Below, piece after piece: positions 21,039 through 31,519 of a stretch of 64,000 bases of DNA (position 1 is the first letter of the stretch; each line of letters starts with the position of its first letter). Below the pieces are notes generated by a model. The model was given only the letters and a program-made list of their open reading frames with translations, was not told the origin of the DNA and made no database searches. The stretch spans positions 1 through 64,000 of the forward strand of contig CBDBFH010000029.1 in assembly GCA_965204775.1 (NCBI GenBank), written 5' to 3'. This DNA comes from Alphaproteobacteria bacterium. GTDB lineage: Bacteria > Pseudomonadota > Alphaproteobacteria > JAPOUT01 > G958296285. The position numbers and the translations under genes are program-made.

Positions 21039-21234
21039 CGGGGGGCAGGCCCGCATCCGGCATGGCCTGGTCACCCGGCAGGCGCTTCACACAAAGATGG
21101 GGACGCTAAAGAAACCTGCAATAAATGGAAATATTTGTTGATTCCGCCCCTCTTCCCCCGAACGCCACAGACGCTATATTCACAAAAAAATGATTCGCAA
21201 CGCGCCCCATGCGCCGCGCCACGGACATCCTGAC

Positions 21235-22590
21235 ATGACCGAAAACAACCGAAAATATTTCGGAACCGACGGAATGCGCGGGCCCGCCAACCAATTCCCC
21301 GTCACCGCTCAAGTCGCCCTGCGCCTCGGAATGGCCGCAGGAAGACTCTTCACCCGCGGAAACCACAAACACCGCGCCGTCATCGGCAAAGACACCCGGC
21401 TCTCCGGATATATGATCGAATCCTCCCTCATGGCCGGACTCACCTCGATGGGAATCGACGTCTTCCTGCTTGGCCCGCTCCCCACGCCCGCGCTCGCCTT
21501 CATCACCCGGTCACTGCGCGCCGACCTCGGACTCATGATCTCCGCCTCGCACAACGGCTTCCAGGACAACGGAATCAAACTCTTCGGACCCGACGGATAC
21601 AAACTCTCCGACGAAATGGAGCAGCAAATCGAGCGCTATATGGACAACGGACTCGCCAGCCACCTCGCGCCCCCCGAACAGATCGGGCGCGCCAAAAGAA
21701 TCGAAGACGCTCAGGCCCGCTACATCGAATTCGCCAAGCGGTCCAGAGCCGCCGGCACCCCCCTCGACGGCCTGCGCATCGTCCTCGACTGCGCCAACGG
21801 CGCCGCTTACAAACTCGCTCCCGCCGCCCTCTGGGAACTCGGCGCAGACGTCATCACCATCCATGACAGACCCAACGGACTCAACATCAACCAGAATTGC
21901 GGCGCAACCCATCCTCAGGCCATGCAGGAGGCCGTCCGCGCCCACAAGGCCGATATCGGCATCGCCTTCGACGGCGACGCCGACCGCATCGCCGTCGCCG
22001 ACGAAAAAGGCGGCCACATCGACGGCGACCAGATCCTCGCCCTCCTCGCCCATAACTGGAAGGTCAGCGAAACCCTCGCCAAACCCGGAATCGTCGCCAC
22101 CATCCTCTCCAATCTCGGCCTGGAGCGCCACCTCCACTCTCTCGGCCTCGGCCTCGCCCGAACCCGGGTCGGCGACAGATACGTCGCCGAATATATGCGC
22201 CGGCACGGCTTCAATCTCGGCGGCGAAAGGTCCGGACACCTCCTCCTCACCGACTTCTCAACCACCGGCGACGGCCTGATCGCCGCCCTCCACATCCTCG
22301 ACGCCCTCGCCGCGCAAAACCGCCCCGCCAGCGAACTCTGCGCCCGCTTCCGGCCCGTCCCCCAAATCGAGCACAATATCCCCGCCGACCCTGCAAACCC
22401 CCTGGAAGCCCCGCACATCCAGTCCGCAATCCAAAACGCCACAGAACGGCTCGGCGGCGGCGGACGCCTCGTCGTCCGCCGCTCCGGAACCGAACCCGTC
22501 ATCCGAATCATGGGACAAGGCGACGACGAAAATCTCATCCGCGATGTCATCTTCCAAGTCGCAGAACGCCTCGAACCACGCCGCGCCTGA
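21235..22590 (+). CDS. glmM: phosphoglucosamine mutase
   Basis: [16 protein letters not shown]...[13 protein letters not shown], the active-site Ser motif. Confidence 0.9.
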   Translation: MTENNRKYFGTDGMRGPANQFPVTAQVALRLGMAAGRLFTRGNHKHRAVIGKDTRLSGYMIESSLMAGLTSMGIDVFLLGPLPTPALAFITRSLRADLGLMISASHNGFQDNGIKLFGPDGYKLSDEMEQQIERYMDNGLASHLAPPEQIGRAKRIEDAQARYIEFAKRSRAAGTPLDGLRIVLDCANGAAYKLAPAALWELGADVITIHDRPNGLNINQNCGATHPQAMQEAVRAHKADIGIAFDGDADRIAVADEKGGHIDGDQILALLAHNWKVSETLAKPGIVATILSNLGLERHLHSLGLGLARTRVGDRYVAEYMRRHGFNLGGERSGHLLLTDFSTTGDGLIAALHILDALAAQNRPASELCARFRPVPQIEHNIPADPANPLEAPHIQSAIQNATERLGGGGRLVVRRSGTEPVIRIMGQGDDENLIRDVIFQVAERLEPRRA

Positions 22591-23374
22591 CCGGCCTCCG
22601 CCCCGCGTCCTCACCATCGCAGGCTCCGACTCCGGCGGCGGCGCAGGCATTCAGGCCGACATCAAAACCATCACCGCGCTTGGCGGATACGCCGCCTCCG
22701 CTATCACCGCCCTCACCGCTCAAAACACCCAGGACGTCCGCGCCATCTCCCCGGTCCCTCCCGGCTTCGTCGCCGAGCAAATCAGCGCCGTCCTCGACGA
22801 CATCGGGGCCGACGCCGTCAAAATCGGCATGCTCGCCAATGCCCCCATCATCAACGCCGTCGCTCAGGCTCTCGCCCGCGTCAAAGCGCCAATCGTGCTT
22901 GATCCGGTCATGATCGCAACCTCAGGCGCAAAACTCCTCGAAGACAGCGCCGTCGCCGCCCTCAAGCAGAAACTCATCCCCCTCGCCTCCCTCATAACCC
23001 CCAACCTGCCCGAAGCCGAAGCCCTCACCGGCTGCCCCGTCCGCGACGCCGCCGGACAGGCCCAGGCCGCCCGCCGACTTTGCCAGGCAGGCGCAAAGGC
23101 CGCCCTCGTCAAGGGCGGGCATGGAACCGGCGAAAACGTCGAGGATATCCTCGTCCATGACGGCGAAACCCATATCCTCGCCGCGCCGCGGATCAAAACC
23201 ACCGGCATTCATGGCGCGGGCTGCACGCTTGCTTCCGCCATCGCCGTCGGCCTGGCGCGGGGCCTCGCCCTTAAAGAGGCCTGCGCCGAGGCCGCCGAAT
23301 ATGTCCGCCGCGCCATTCGCGCCGGACCCGGCTTCGGGCAGGGCGCGGCGCTGCTTGATCACGCCGCTGCCTGA
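22544..23374 (+). CDS. thiD: bifunctional hydroxymethylpyrimidine/phosphomethylpyrimidine kinase
   Basis: [21 protein letters not shown] motif; the only in-frame start overlaps the glmM 3' end by 47 nt. Confidence 0.85.
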   Translation: MSSSKSQNASNHAAPDRPPPRVLTIAGSDSGGGAGIQADIKTITALGGYAASAITALTAQNTQDVRAISPVPPGFVAEQISAVLDDIGADAVKIGMLANAPIINAVAQALARVKAPIVLDPVMIATSGAKLLEDSAVAALKQKLIPLASLITPNLPEAEALTGCPVRDAAGQAQAARRLCQAGAKAALVKGGHGTGENVEDILVHDGETHILAAPRIKTTGIHGAGCTLASAIAVGLARGLALKEACAEAAEYVRRAIRAGPGFGQGAALLDHAAA

Positions 23375-24180
23375 TGCAGATTCCGCTCTATCATATTGAC
23401 GCTTTCACCTCGCAGGCCTTCGCCGGAAACCCCGCCGCCGTCTGCCCGCTCGACGCATGGCCCGGCGACGAACTCCTCCAGAACATCGCCGCCGAAAACA
23501 ACCTCTCTGAAACCGCCTTCTTCGTCCCCGAAGGCGAAGGCTTTCGCCTGCGCTGGTTTACCCCGGCGCTCGAAGTGGAATTTTGCGGCCATGCCAGCCT
23601 CGCCACCGCCCACGTAATCTTCACGCGCCGCCAGCCGGACAAACAGCGGATCGTCTTTCTGACCCGGCGCGGGCGCTTTGAAGCCGCGAAAGGGGAGGGG
23701 GGCGAAATCGTCATGGATTTTCCCGCCGAACCCCATGCCCCCGTTCAGGCTCCCGCCGGTCTTGAACAGGCTCTGGGCCGCGCCCCGGCGCAGGTCTTTC
23801 GCGGACCGAACCTGATGTGCGTCTTCCCCGCCCCGGAAGATATAGCCCGCCTCGCCCCCGATATGGCCCAACTCACCCGCCTGTCGAACGCGCTGGGCGG
23901 CGCGTGCTTCATCGCCACCGCGCCCGCGCCGCCCGCAGGCCCCCATGATTTCGTCTCCCGCTTCTTCGCCCCCGCCGCCGGAATCCCCGAAGACCCCGTC
24001 ACCGGCTCCGCGCATTGCATGATGGCCCCCTATTGGGCAAAGCGCCTCGGAAAGCATATAGTGCGGGCAAGGCAGATCTCGCCGCGCGGCGGCGAAATGA
24101 CCTGCCGCCTCAAGGCAGACCGCGTGATCATCACCGGGGCATGCGCCGACTATATGGAGGGGCGCATCTCACTGCCATAG
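23374..24180 (+). CDS. PhzF family phenazine biosynthesis-like isomerase
   Basis: IDAFTSQAFAGNPAAVC and EVEFCGHASLATAH motifs; TGATG overlap with thiD. Confidence 0.8.
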   Translation: MQIPLYHIDAFTSQAFAGNPAAVCPLDAWPGDELLQNIAAENNLSETAFFVPEGEGFRLRWFTPALEVEFCGHASLATAHVIFTRRQPDKQRIVFLTRRGRFEAAKGEGGEIVMDFPAEPHAPVQAPAGLEQALGRAPAQVFRGPNLMCVFPAPEDIARLAPDMAQLTRLSNALGGACFIATAPAPPAGPHDFVSRFFAPAAGIPEDPVTGSAHCMMAPYWAKRLGKHIVRARQISPRGGEMTCRLKADRVIITGACADYMEGRISLP

Positions 24181-24193
24181 GCCGGGGGGAGCC

Positions 24194-25570
24194 ATGCAGT
24201 ACACAATCGAATTGGTCGAAGCCGTCAACGGCGTCCTCTGGGGCGCGCCCATGCTGACGGCCATCGCCGGGGTTGGGCTGTTCTTGACCGTCCGGCTTAA
24301 TTTCCTGCCTTTGCGCAAAACCGCCTATGCCTTCCGGCAATTGTGGCAGGGGCGGCGGGCGCGGGGCGAGGGCGACATTTCGGCCTTCAACGCGTTGATG
24401 ACCTCGCTGTCGGCGACCATCGGGACCGGCAATATCGCCGGAGTGGCGACCGCCATCGCCGCCGGAGGGCCGGGCGCGCTGTTCTGGATGTGGATCACCG
24501 CCCTGGTCGGCATGGCGACCAAATATGCCGAAGCCGTCTGCGCCGTCCACTACCGCCAGACCGACAGCGCAGGAAGAAAAATCGGCGGGCCGATGTATTA
24601 CATCAAAAACGGCCTCGGACCGCGCTGGGCATGGCTGGGCTTCGCCTTCGCCCTGTTCGGCGGTATCGCCGCATTTGGGATCGGCAATATGGTTCAGGCC
24701 AACTCGGTCGCCGCCGCCCTCGACGACGCCCTGCGCATCCCGCCTTTGCTGACCGCCTGCATTCTCGCCCTCCTCGTTGCGATTGTCCTGATCGGCGGCA
24801 TCCGCAGCATTGCGGTCTGGGCCAGCCGGATTGTTCCCTTCATGGCGGTCTTCTATGTCTTTTTCGGCCTGATCGTCCTTCTCCTCCATGCGCCGCAGCT
24901 GCCGGCGGCCATCGTCCTTGTCGTGCAAAGCGCCTTTAGCGGAACCGCCGCCGCCGGGGGCTTCCTCGGCGCGAGTGTCGCGCAGGCGGTCAGTTTCGGG
25001 GTTGCGCGCGGGGTCTTCTCCAATGAGGCCGGGCTGGGCAGCGCCCCCATCGCCCATGCCGCCGCCCAGACCGACAACCCCGTCCGGCAGGGAACCATCG
25101 CCATGCTGGGAACCTTCATTGACACCATCATCGTCTGCTCGATCACCGGGCTGGCGATTGTCGCCACCGGCGTCTGGACGAGCGGCGAGACCGGGGTCGA
25201 TCTGACCGCCGCCGCCTTCGCCACCGCTTTGCCGCTCGGCAATTATCTGGTCGCGGCGGCGCTGGTCCTCTTCGCCTTCACGACCATTCTGGGCTGGAGC
25301 TATTACGGCGAGAAGTGCTGGCAGTATATTTTCGGCGGGCGGAGCATTCTGCCCTACCGGCTGATCTGGATCGGGGCGGTGTTTATCGGGCCGTGGGCGC
25401 TTTTGTGGGAGGGGGGCGCGCGGGCCGGGATTGACTTCATCTGGCTTCTGGCCGACACGCTCAACGCCATGATGGCCCTGCCCAATCTGATTGCGCTGGC
25501 GCTGCTCTCGCCGGTGGTGGTGAGGCTGACGCGGGCGCGCTACCGGACCCCCGCCGCGCGCCGGAGCTGA
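24194..25570 (+). CDS. alanine/glycine:cation symporter (AGCS family)
   Basis: 458 aa with 11-12 TM helices; FNALMTSLSATIGTGNIAGVATAI signature. Confidence 0.85.
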   Translation: MQYTIELVEAVNGVLWGAPMLTAIAGVGLFLTVRLNFLPLRKTAYAFRQLWQGRRARGEGDISAFNALMTSLSATIGTGNIAGVATAIAAGGPGALFWMWITALVGMATKYAEAVCAVHYRQTDSAGRKIGGPMYYIKNGLGPRWAWLGFAFALFGGIAAFGIGNMVQANSVAAALDDALRIPPLLTACILALLVAIVLIGGIRSIAVWASRIVPFMAVFYVFFGLIVLLLHAPQLPAAIVLVVQSAFSGTAAAGGFLGASVAQAVSFGVARGVFSNEAGLGSAPIAHAAAQTDNPVRQGTIAMLGTFIDTIIVCSITGLAIVATGVWTSGETGVDLTAAAFATALPLGNYLVAAALVLFAFTTILGWSYYGEKCWQYIFGGRSILPYRLIWIGAVFIGPWALLWEGGARAGIDFIWLLADTLNAMMALPNLIALALLSPVVVRLTRARYRTPAARRS

Positions 25571-25589
25571 AGGGCAGGGCCGCCCCCCT

Positions 25590-25617
25590 GTCATTCCCGC
25601 TTTCGCGGGAATGACAG
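25590..25617. repeat. perfect 12-bp-stem palindrome TGTCATTCCCGC-TTTC-GCGGGAATGACA
   Basis: Seen directly 20 nt after the symporter stop; no T-run follows; the half-site gcgggaatgac recurs at 25750 and 25896. Confidence 0.6.
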
Positions 25618-25621
25618 GGGG

Positions 25622-25910
25622 GGAGGGGGTTGCGGGGGTGACGTTCCCCCAATTTCGCGGGTTCTTTTCTCCGTCACCCCCGCGAACGCGGGGGTCCATT
25701 TCGCGGCGGTTGGATTCCCGCCCCCGCTTTCGCGGGGGTGACGTTCTTGCGCGGGAATGACGGTGGGGGAGGGGTTTGCGGGGGTGACGTTCCCCCAATT
25801 TCGCGGGTTCTTTTCTCCGTCACCCCCGCGAACGCGGGGGTCCATTTCGCGGCGGCTGGATTCCCGCCCCCGCTTTCGCGGGGGTGACGTTCTTGCGCGG
25901 GAATGACGAG
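25622..25910. repeat. two tandem copies of an approximately 146-bp GC-rich unit containing nested hairpins (REP/MITE-like)
   Basis: Copies at 25622-25763 and 25764-25910 are near-identical, differing by 2-3 substitutions or indels; each unit contains ACCCCCGCG-aa-CGCGGGGGT and CCCCCGC-tttc-GCGGGGG hairpins. Confidence 0.7.
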
Positions 25911-26047
25911 AGAGGCGGGGATGATAGGGGGGCGGGGGCGCTGAGGGGCGTTTCTATCGCCATATTGACCTCCCTGCCCGCCTGCTTTATAGCAGGCGGC
26001 GGGACACCTCTCCCCACCGAGAGGCAGCTATCTGAAAGGGTAGAAAC

Positions 26048-27223
26048 ATGAATAGCCCCGCCAAACCGGCCATCCGACCCGCGCGCCCCTTCTTCTCCTC
26101 CGGACCCACCGCCAAATACCTGAACTGGTCGCCCGGACTCCTCGAACAGACCGCACTCTCCCGAAGCCACCGCTCAAAAGTTGGAAAAACACGGCTCAAA
26201 AAAGCCATCGCCGAAACTCGCGAACTCCTCCAACTGCCCAAAAACTACCGCGCCGCCATCGTCCCCGCCTCCGACACCGGCGCTTTCGAAATGGCCATGT
26301 GGTCACTGCTCGGACCGCGCGGCGTCGACGTCTTCGCATGGGACTCCTTCGGCAGCGACTGGGCCAATGACGCCAAAAACCAGCTCAAAATCCCCGACCT
26401 GCGAATCCTGCAGGCCGAATACGGCAAACTCCCCGACCTCGCCCAGGCCGATCCAAAACGCGACGCCGTATTCGTCTGGAACGGAACCACCTCCGGCGTC
26501 CGCGTGCCCCACGCCGAATGGATCGCCGACAACCGCCAGGGCCTCACCCTGTGCGACGCCACCTCCGCGGTCTTCGCACAAAAACTGCCCTGGAATAAAC
26601 TCGACGTCGTCACCTTCTCCTGGCAAAAAAGCCTCGGCGGCGAAGCCGCGCATGGAATCCTCATCCTCGGACCGCGCGCCGTCGAGCGGCTCGAAACCCA
26701 CACCCCCAACCGCCCAATCCCCAAAATCTTCCGCCTCACCTCCGGCGGCAAACTCAACGAAGCCCTCTTCGAAGGCGCAACCATCAATACCCCCTCCATG
26801 CTCTGCGTCGAAGACTACCTCGCCGCCCTCAACTGGGTCCGCTCCATCGGCGGCGAAGCCGCCATGATCCGCCGCGCCAACGCCAACCTCCAACTCATCG
26901 CACAATGGGCCGCAAAAACCAGCTGGATCGACTTCCTCTGCGCCAGCCCCGAAGCGCGCTCCAACACCTCGGTCTGCCTCAAAATCACCGACCCCGCCTT
27001 CACCCGCCTCGAAGAAAAAGACCGCAAAGCCTTCGTCAAAAGCATGGCCGCGCTCCTCGAAGACGAAGAGGCCGGATTCGACCTCGACTCCTATCGCGCC
27101 GCACCGCCCGGCCTGCGCCTGTGGGCCGGAGGAACCGTCGAAGCCGCCGACCTCATCGCCCTCTTCCCCTGGCTCGACTGGGCCTACGCCGCCTGCCTCA
27201 ACCGCTTCTCCCCCAAAGCATAA
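26048..27223 (+). CDS. serC: phosphoserine aminotransferase
   Basis: 391-aa class-V aminotransferase; PFFSSGP and FSWQKSLGGEA (PLP Lys region). Confidence 0.9.
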   Translation: MNSPAKPAIRPARPFFSSGPTAKYLNWSPGLLEQTALSRSHRSKVGKTRLKKAIAETRELLQLPKNYRAAIVPASDTGAFEMAMWSLLGPRGVDVFAWDSFGSDWANDAKNQLKIPDLRILQAEYGKLPDLAQADPKRDAVFVWNGTTSGVRVPHAEWIADNRQGLTLCDATSAVFAQKLPWNKLDVVTFSWQKSLGGEAAHGILILGPRAVERLETHTPNRPIPKIFRLTSGGKLNEALFEGATINTPSMLCVEDYLAALNWVRSIGGEAAMIRRANANLQLIAQWAAKTSWIDFLCASPEARSNTSVCLKITDPAFTRLEEKDRKAFVKSMAALLEDEEAGFDLDSYRAAPPGLRLWAGGTVEAADLIALFPWLDWAYAACLNRFSPKA

Positions 27224-27232
27224 GAGAACGCC

Positions 27233-28816
27233 ATGCCCAAAGTCCTGATCTCCGACAAACTCGCCCCCGCCACGCTCGACATCTTCGCCGCGCGCGGAGT
27301 CGAAGCCGACTTTAAGCCCGGACTCGACAAAAACAGCCTCGCACAGATCATCGGAAACTATGACGGCCTCGCCGTGCGCTCGGCGACCAAAGTCACCGCC
27401 AAACTCCTCGAACACGCCGCCGGACTCAAAGTCATCGGGCGCGCCGGAATCGGCGTCGACAATATCGACCTCGACGCCGCCAGCGTGCGCGGCATCATCG
27501 TCATGAACGCGCCGCTTGGAAACTCCATCACCACCGCCGAACACGCCCTCGCACTGATGATGGCCCTCGCCCGCCAAATCCCGCAGGCCGACCGCTCCAC
27601 CCAAAGCGGCAAATGGGAAAAAAGCGCCTTCCTCGGCGTCGAACTGGCCGGGAAAACCCTCGGCATCGTCGGGTGCGGCAATGTCGGCGCAATCGTCGCC
27701 CGCCGCGCCCAGGGCCTGGCCATGAAAGTCGCGGTCTACGACCCCTTCCTGCCCCGCGAACGCGCCGCAGAACTCGGCGTGGAAATCCTCGAACTCGACG
27801 AACTCCTCCCCCGCGCCGACTTCATAACCCTCCACACACCCCTCACCGATAAAACCAGACACATCATCAACCAAAACAACATCGCCAAAATGAAAGACGG
27901 CGCGCGGCTCGTCAACTGCGCGCGCGGCGGACTGATCGACGAGCAGGCCCTCAAAAACGCCCTCGAAAGCGGCAAACTCGCCGGAGCCGCTCTCGACGTC
28001 TTCAGCGAAGAACCCGCCAGAAACAATATCCTCTTCGGAGCCAAAAACATCATCTGCACCCCCCATCTGGGCGCTTCAACCTCGGAAGCGCAGGAAAAGG
28101 TCGCGCTCCAGATCGCCGACCAGATGAGCGACTACCTCCTCTCCGGCGCCGTCACCCACGCCGTCAATATGCCCTCGATCTCGGCGGAAGAAGCCCCGAA
28201 ACTCACCCCCTTCATCCGCCTCGCCCGGCAACTGGGCCGCCTCGCCGGGCAAATCCTCGAAGGCGGCGTCGTCGAGGCCGGATTCGAATATCAGGGCGAA
28301 GCCGCCCGCCTCAACGTCCCCGCACTCACCGCCGCCGCGCTCGCCGGACTCTTCGAACCCGTCCTCTCCGGCGTCAATATGGTCTCCGCCCCCGCCGCCG
28401 CCCGCGCGCGCGGAGTCAAAATCTCCGAAACCCGCATCGAAGAAGGCGGCGCTTACGAATCCTATATCCGCCTCTCCCTCAAAACCGAAAACAGCCGCCT
28501 CTCCGCCGCCGGAACCGTCTTCTCCGACGGACGGCCACGCCTCATCCAGATGGCCGGGATCGACATGGAAGCCGAATTCGCCCCCCATATGCTCTACGTC
28601 GCCAACCGCGACCTGCCCGGCTTCGTCGGCCAACTGGGCGGCGTGCTGGGCGGCAGCGGAGTCAACATCGCCTCCTTCAATCTGGGCCGCACAAAGCCGG
28701 GCGGCAAAGCCGCCGCGCTGATCGCCGTCGACGCGCCCGTCCCGCCCGAAACCCTCAAAGCCGTGCGCGCCACTGAGAATGTGGTCGCGGCGGCGGCGCT
28801 GGCCTTCCAGACATGA
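27233..28816 (+). CDS. serA: D-3-phosphoglycerate dehydrogenase
   Basis: [10 protein letters not shown]..., NAD-binding [10 protein letters not shown]-terminal ACT domain; 527 aa. Confidence 0.9.
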   Translation: MPKVLISDKLAPATLDIFAARGVEADFKPGLDKNSLAQIIGNYDGLAVRSATKVTAKLLEHAAGLKVIGRAGIGVDNIDLDAASVRGIIVMNAPLGNSITTAEHALALMMALARQIPQADRSTQSGKWEKSAFLGVELAGKTLGIVGCGNVGAIVARRAQGLAMKVAVYDPFLPRERAAELGVEILELDELLPRADFITLHTPLTDKTRHIINQNNIAKMKDGARLVNCARGGLIDEQALKNALESGKLAGAALDVFSEEPARNNILFGAKNIICTPHLGASTSEAQEKVALQIADQMSDYLLSGAVTHAVNMPSISAEEAPKLTPFIRLARQLGRLAGQILEGGVVEAGFEYQGEAARLNVPALTAAALAGLFEPVLSGVNMVSAPAAARARGVKISETRIEEGGAYESYIRLSLKTENSRLSAAGTVFSDGRPRLIQMAGIDMEAEFAPHMLYVANRDLPGFVGQLGGVLGGSGVNIASFNLGRTKPGGKAAALIAVDAPVPPETLKAVRATENVVAAAALAFQT

Positions 28817-30105
28817 CCGGCGTCGCCGTCATCGGAACCCAGTGGGGCGACGAGGGCAAAGGCAAAATCGTCGACTGGCTCTCCGAGCGCGCCGACGTCG
28901 TCGTCCGCTTTCAGGGCGGGCACAATGCCGGGCATACCCTCGTCATCAACGGCAAAATCCACAAACTGAGCCTCCTGCCGGCGGGAGTCGTGCGGCCCGG
29001 CAAACTCAGCCTGATCGGCAACGGCGTGGTTCTCGATCCCTGGGCCTTCCTGGCGGAGGTCGCGCAACTGCGCGGGCAGGGGGTTGCGGTCGCGCCCGAT
29101 AATCTGCGGATTGCGGACAACGCCGCCCTGATCCTCCCCCTCCACCGCGAGATCGACGCCGCCCGCGAAGCCGCCAAAACCCGGCTGGGAACCACCGGGC
29201 GCGGAATCGGCCCGGCCTATGAGGACAAAATCGCCCGCCGGGCGGTCCGGGCCGGAGACCTCGCCGATCTGAAGAGTCTGCCCGGCAAGCTCGACCGCCT
29301 TCTGGCCCATCACAATGCGCTGCGGCGGGGTCTTTCGCCGCCCCGCCCGGAGATAGACCGGGCGCAGCTGGCAGAGGCGCTGGCCGGGGTTGCCCCGCAG
29401 ATCCGGCCCTATCTGGATGCGGTCTGGCTCCGGCTGGACGAGGCGCGCCGCGCCGGGCGGCGGATTCTCTTTGAGGGCGCGCAGGGTCTGATGCTGGATG
29501 TGGATCACGGCACCTATCCCTTTGTCACGTCTTCCAATACGGTGGCGGGGGCGGCGAGCGCGGGGGCGGGGGTGGGGCCGGATGCGCTGTCTTATGTTCT
29601 GGGTCTGGCGAAAGCCTATACGACGCGGGTGGGGGAGGGGCCTTTCCCGACCGAGCAGGACAATCAGACCGGCGCATTGCTGGGCGAGCGGGGGGCGGAG
29701 TTTGGAACCGTCACCGGGCGGCGGCGGCGCTGCGGGTGGTTTGATGCGGTTCTGGTGCGCCAGGCGGTCAAGATCGCCGGGGTTTCGGGGATTGCGCTGA
29801 CCAAACTCGACGTCCTCGACACGCTGGATGAGATCAAAATCTGCACGGCCTATAAATTGGCGGGCGCGCGGCGGGATTATCTGCCTTCGGAGCATATGGC
29901 GCAGGCCGCGCTGGAGCCGGTCTATGAGACGCTTGCCGGGTGGAAGCAAAGCACGCGGGCCGCGCGCTTCTGGCGCGACCTTCCGGCGCAGGCGGTCAAA
30001 TATGTGCGGATGATTGAGGAGCTGGTCGGCGCGCCGGTCGCGCTGCTCTCGACCTCGCCCGAGCGCGAGGACACCATCCTCATGCGCGACCCGTTTGCAG
30101 GCTAG
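28813..30105 (+). CDS. purA: adenylosuccinate synthetase
   Basis: [15 protein letters not shown]-loop; ATGA overlap with the serA stop; 430 aa. Confidence 0.9.
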   Translation: MTGVAVIGTQWGDEGKGKIVDWLSERADVVVRFQGGHNAGHTLVINGKIHKLSLLPAGVVRPGKLSLIGNGVVLDPWAFLAEVAQLRGQGVAVAPDNLRIADNAALILPLHREIDAAREAAKTRLGTTGRGIGPAYEDKIARRAVRAGDLADLKSLPGKLDRLLAHHNALRRGLSPPRPEIDRAQLAEALAGVAPQIRPYLDAVWLRLDEARRAGRRILFEGAQGLMLDVDHGTYPFVTSSNTVAGAASAGAGVGPDALSYVLGLAKAYTTRVGEGPFPTEQDNQTGALLGERGAEFGTVTGRRRRCGWFDAVLVRQAVKIAGVSGIALTKLDVLDTLDEIKICTAYKLAGARRDYLPSEHMAQAALEPVYETLAGWKQSTRAARFWRDLPAQAVKYVRMIEELVGAPVALLSTSPEREDTILMRDPFAG

Positions 30106-30176
30106 CCTGTCACAGGCGAGCCTGTAACAGGCAAGCCTGTCGCAGGCAAGCCTGTCGCAGGCAAGCCGGTTTTCCG
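30098..30176. repeat. five tandem 15-16-bp units built on the palindrome ACAGGC-AAG-CCTGT
   Basis: Units gcaggctagcctgt / cacaggcgagcctgt / aacaggcaagcctgt / cgcaggcaagcctgt / cgcaggcaagccggt; partial copies recur at 31395-31425 and 33226-33262. Confidence 0.7.
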
Positions 30177-30262
30177 CCGGTGGGGGCGGGGTTTCGCCTC
30201 CGGCGGACGTCTCTTGACGGGGCAGGGCTTCGCCCCCCATTCTGCCCACAGGAGAGAGAGCC
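30166..30262 (+). promoter_or_regulatory. conserved leader upstream of Sel1 paralog 1: inverted repeat CCGCCGG..CCGGCGG, TTGACG -35-like box, GGAGAGAG RBS
   Basis: A near-identical 97-nt block recurs upstream of paralogs 2 and 4; TTGACG lies at 30214-30219; the -10 element is unclear. Confidence 0.35.
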
Positions 30263-31363
30263 ATGCCGAAGTTCACGAAAATCGCGCTTGCCATTTTCCT
30301 CACCGGACTGCTGGCGCAGACCCCGGCGGCAAGGGCCGAAGAGAATCTCGCCGATCTCAAAACCCGCGCCGAGGCAGGTGATTCCGAAGCGCAATACGAT
30401 CTGGGCTTTCTCTACGAGACGGGCCGGGGCGTGGAGCAGGATTATGAACAGGCGGCGCGGTGGTATCGCAAGGCCGCCGAACAGGGAAATGCAAAAGCGC
30501 AATCCAATCTGGGCCTTCTCTACGGGCAAGGCCGGGGCGTGGCGCAGGATTCCGCTCAGACGGCGCGCTGGTGGCGCAAGGCCGCCGAGCAGGGGCTGGC
30601 AGAAGCGCAAAACAATCTGGGCGTTCTCTACAAGCAAGGCTTGGGCGTGGCGCAGGATTACGGTGAGGCGCTGCAGTGGTATCGCAAGGCCGCCGAACAG
30701 GGGTTTGCAGCGGCTCAAACCAATCTGGGCCTTCTCTACGTGCAAGGCCGGGGCGTGGCGCAGGATTACGCACAGGCGGCGCAGTGGTATCGCAAGGCCG
30801 CCGAACAGGGAGAGGCAAAAGCGCAATACAATCTGGGCATTCTCTACGCGGAAGGCCGGGGCGTGGCGCAGGATTACGGACAGGCGGCGCAATGGTATTA
30901 CAAGGCCGCCCAACAGAGAAGTGCAAACGCGCAATCCAATCTGGGCTTTCTCTACGAGAATGGACGGGGCGTGGCGCAGGATTATGAACAGGCGGTGCGG
31001 TGGTATCGCAAGGCCGCCGAACAGGGAGATGTAAGGGCGCAAACCAGTCTGGGCTTTCTCTACGCTCAAGGCCGGGGCGTGACGCAGGATTATGGACAGG
31101 CGGTGCAGTGGTTTCGCAAAGCCGCCGAACAGGGAGATACACTTGCGCAATTCAATTTGGGCGTTTCCTACGAGCAAGGCCGGGGCGTGGCGCAGGATTA
31201 TAAGGAGGCTTATATCTGGTATAGCCTCGGTGCGGCCAATGGTTATAGCTCAGCTGAAGCAGGGCGTGATGAAGTGGCTTCGGGGCTTTCCCCAAAGGCT
31301 CTGCGCGGAGCGCAAAAAGAGGCGAAGCGGCGTCTCCAGCAAATCAGGGCGCGGCAGAAGTAA
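30263..31363 (+). CDS. secreted Sel1-like repeat (SLR) protein, paralog 1
   Basis: Signal peptide MPKFTKIALAIFLTGLLAQTPAARA followed by about 8 Sel1 repeats (AQ.NLG.LY..G.GV.QDY..A..WYRKAAEQG); conserved C-terminal tail ...KEAKRRLQQIRARQK. Confidence 0.85.
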   Translation: MPKFTKIALAIFLTGLLAQTPAARAEENLADLKTRAEAGDSEAQYDLGFLYETGRGVEQDYEQAARWYRKAAEQGNAKAQSNLGLLYGQGRGVAQDSAQTARWWRKAAEQGLAEAQNNLGVLYKQGLGVAQDYGEALQWYRKAAEQGFAAAQTNLGLLYVQGRGVAQDYAQAAQWYRKAAEQGEAKAQYNLGILYAEGRGVAQDYGQAAQWYYKAAQQRSANAQSNLGFLYENGRGVAQDYEQAVRWYRKAAEQGDVRAQTSLGFLYAQGRGVTQDYGQAVQWFRKAAEQGDTLAQFNLGVSYEQGRGVAQDYKEAYIWYSLGAANGYSSAEAGRDEVASGLSPKALRGAQKEAKRRLQQIRARQK

Positions 31364-31420
31364 ATGCGGGGGCGCGGCCCGCAGTCGTGACCCGTTTGCG
31401 GGCTGGCCTATCGCAGGCAA

Positions 31421-31519
31421 GCCGGTTTTCCGCCGGTGGGGGCGGGTCTTCGCCTCCGGCGGACGTCTCTTGACGGGGCAGGGCTTCGCCCCCCATTCTG
31501 CCCACAGGAGAGAGACCCC
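31421..31519 (+). promoter_or_regulatory. copy 2 of the Sel1 leader/promoter block
   Basis: More than 95% identical to 30166-30262 by eye. Confidence 0.35.

Noticed and set aside
20082-21090. Two minus-strand ORFs (330 and 272 aa) antisense to folP
   Set aside because: Pro/Arg/Ala-rich, no motifs; folP on the plus strand is intact.
25590-25617. Rho-independent terminator for the symporter gene
   Set aside because: A perfect hairpin, but it is followed by a G-run rather than a U-tract. It is more consistent with a REP-like structural repeat than an intrinsic terminator.
24131-25798. 555-aa minus-strand ORF over the symporter gene and repeat region
   Set aside because: Arg/Pro/Gly-rich antisense artefact. 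Its N-terminal part is just a translation of the 146-bp hairpin repeats.
30098-30176. Possible CRISPR array or integron attC sites
   Set aside because: The units are contiguous with no spacers (not CRISPR). There is no GTTRRRY core or bipartite R''-L''/L'-R' attC structure and no integrase nearby.
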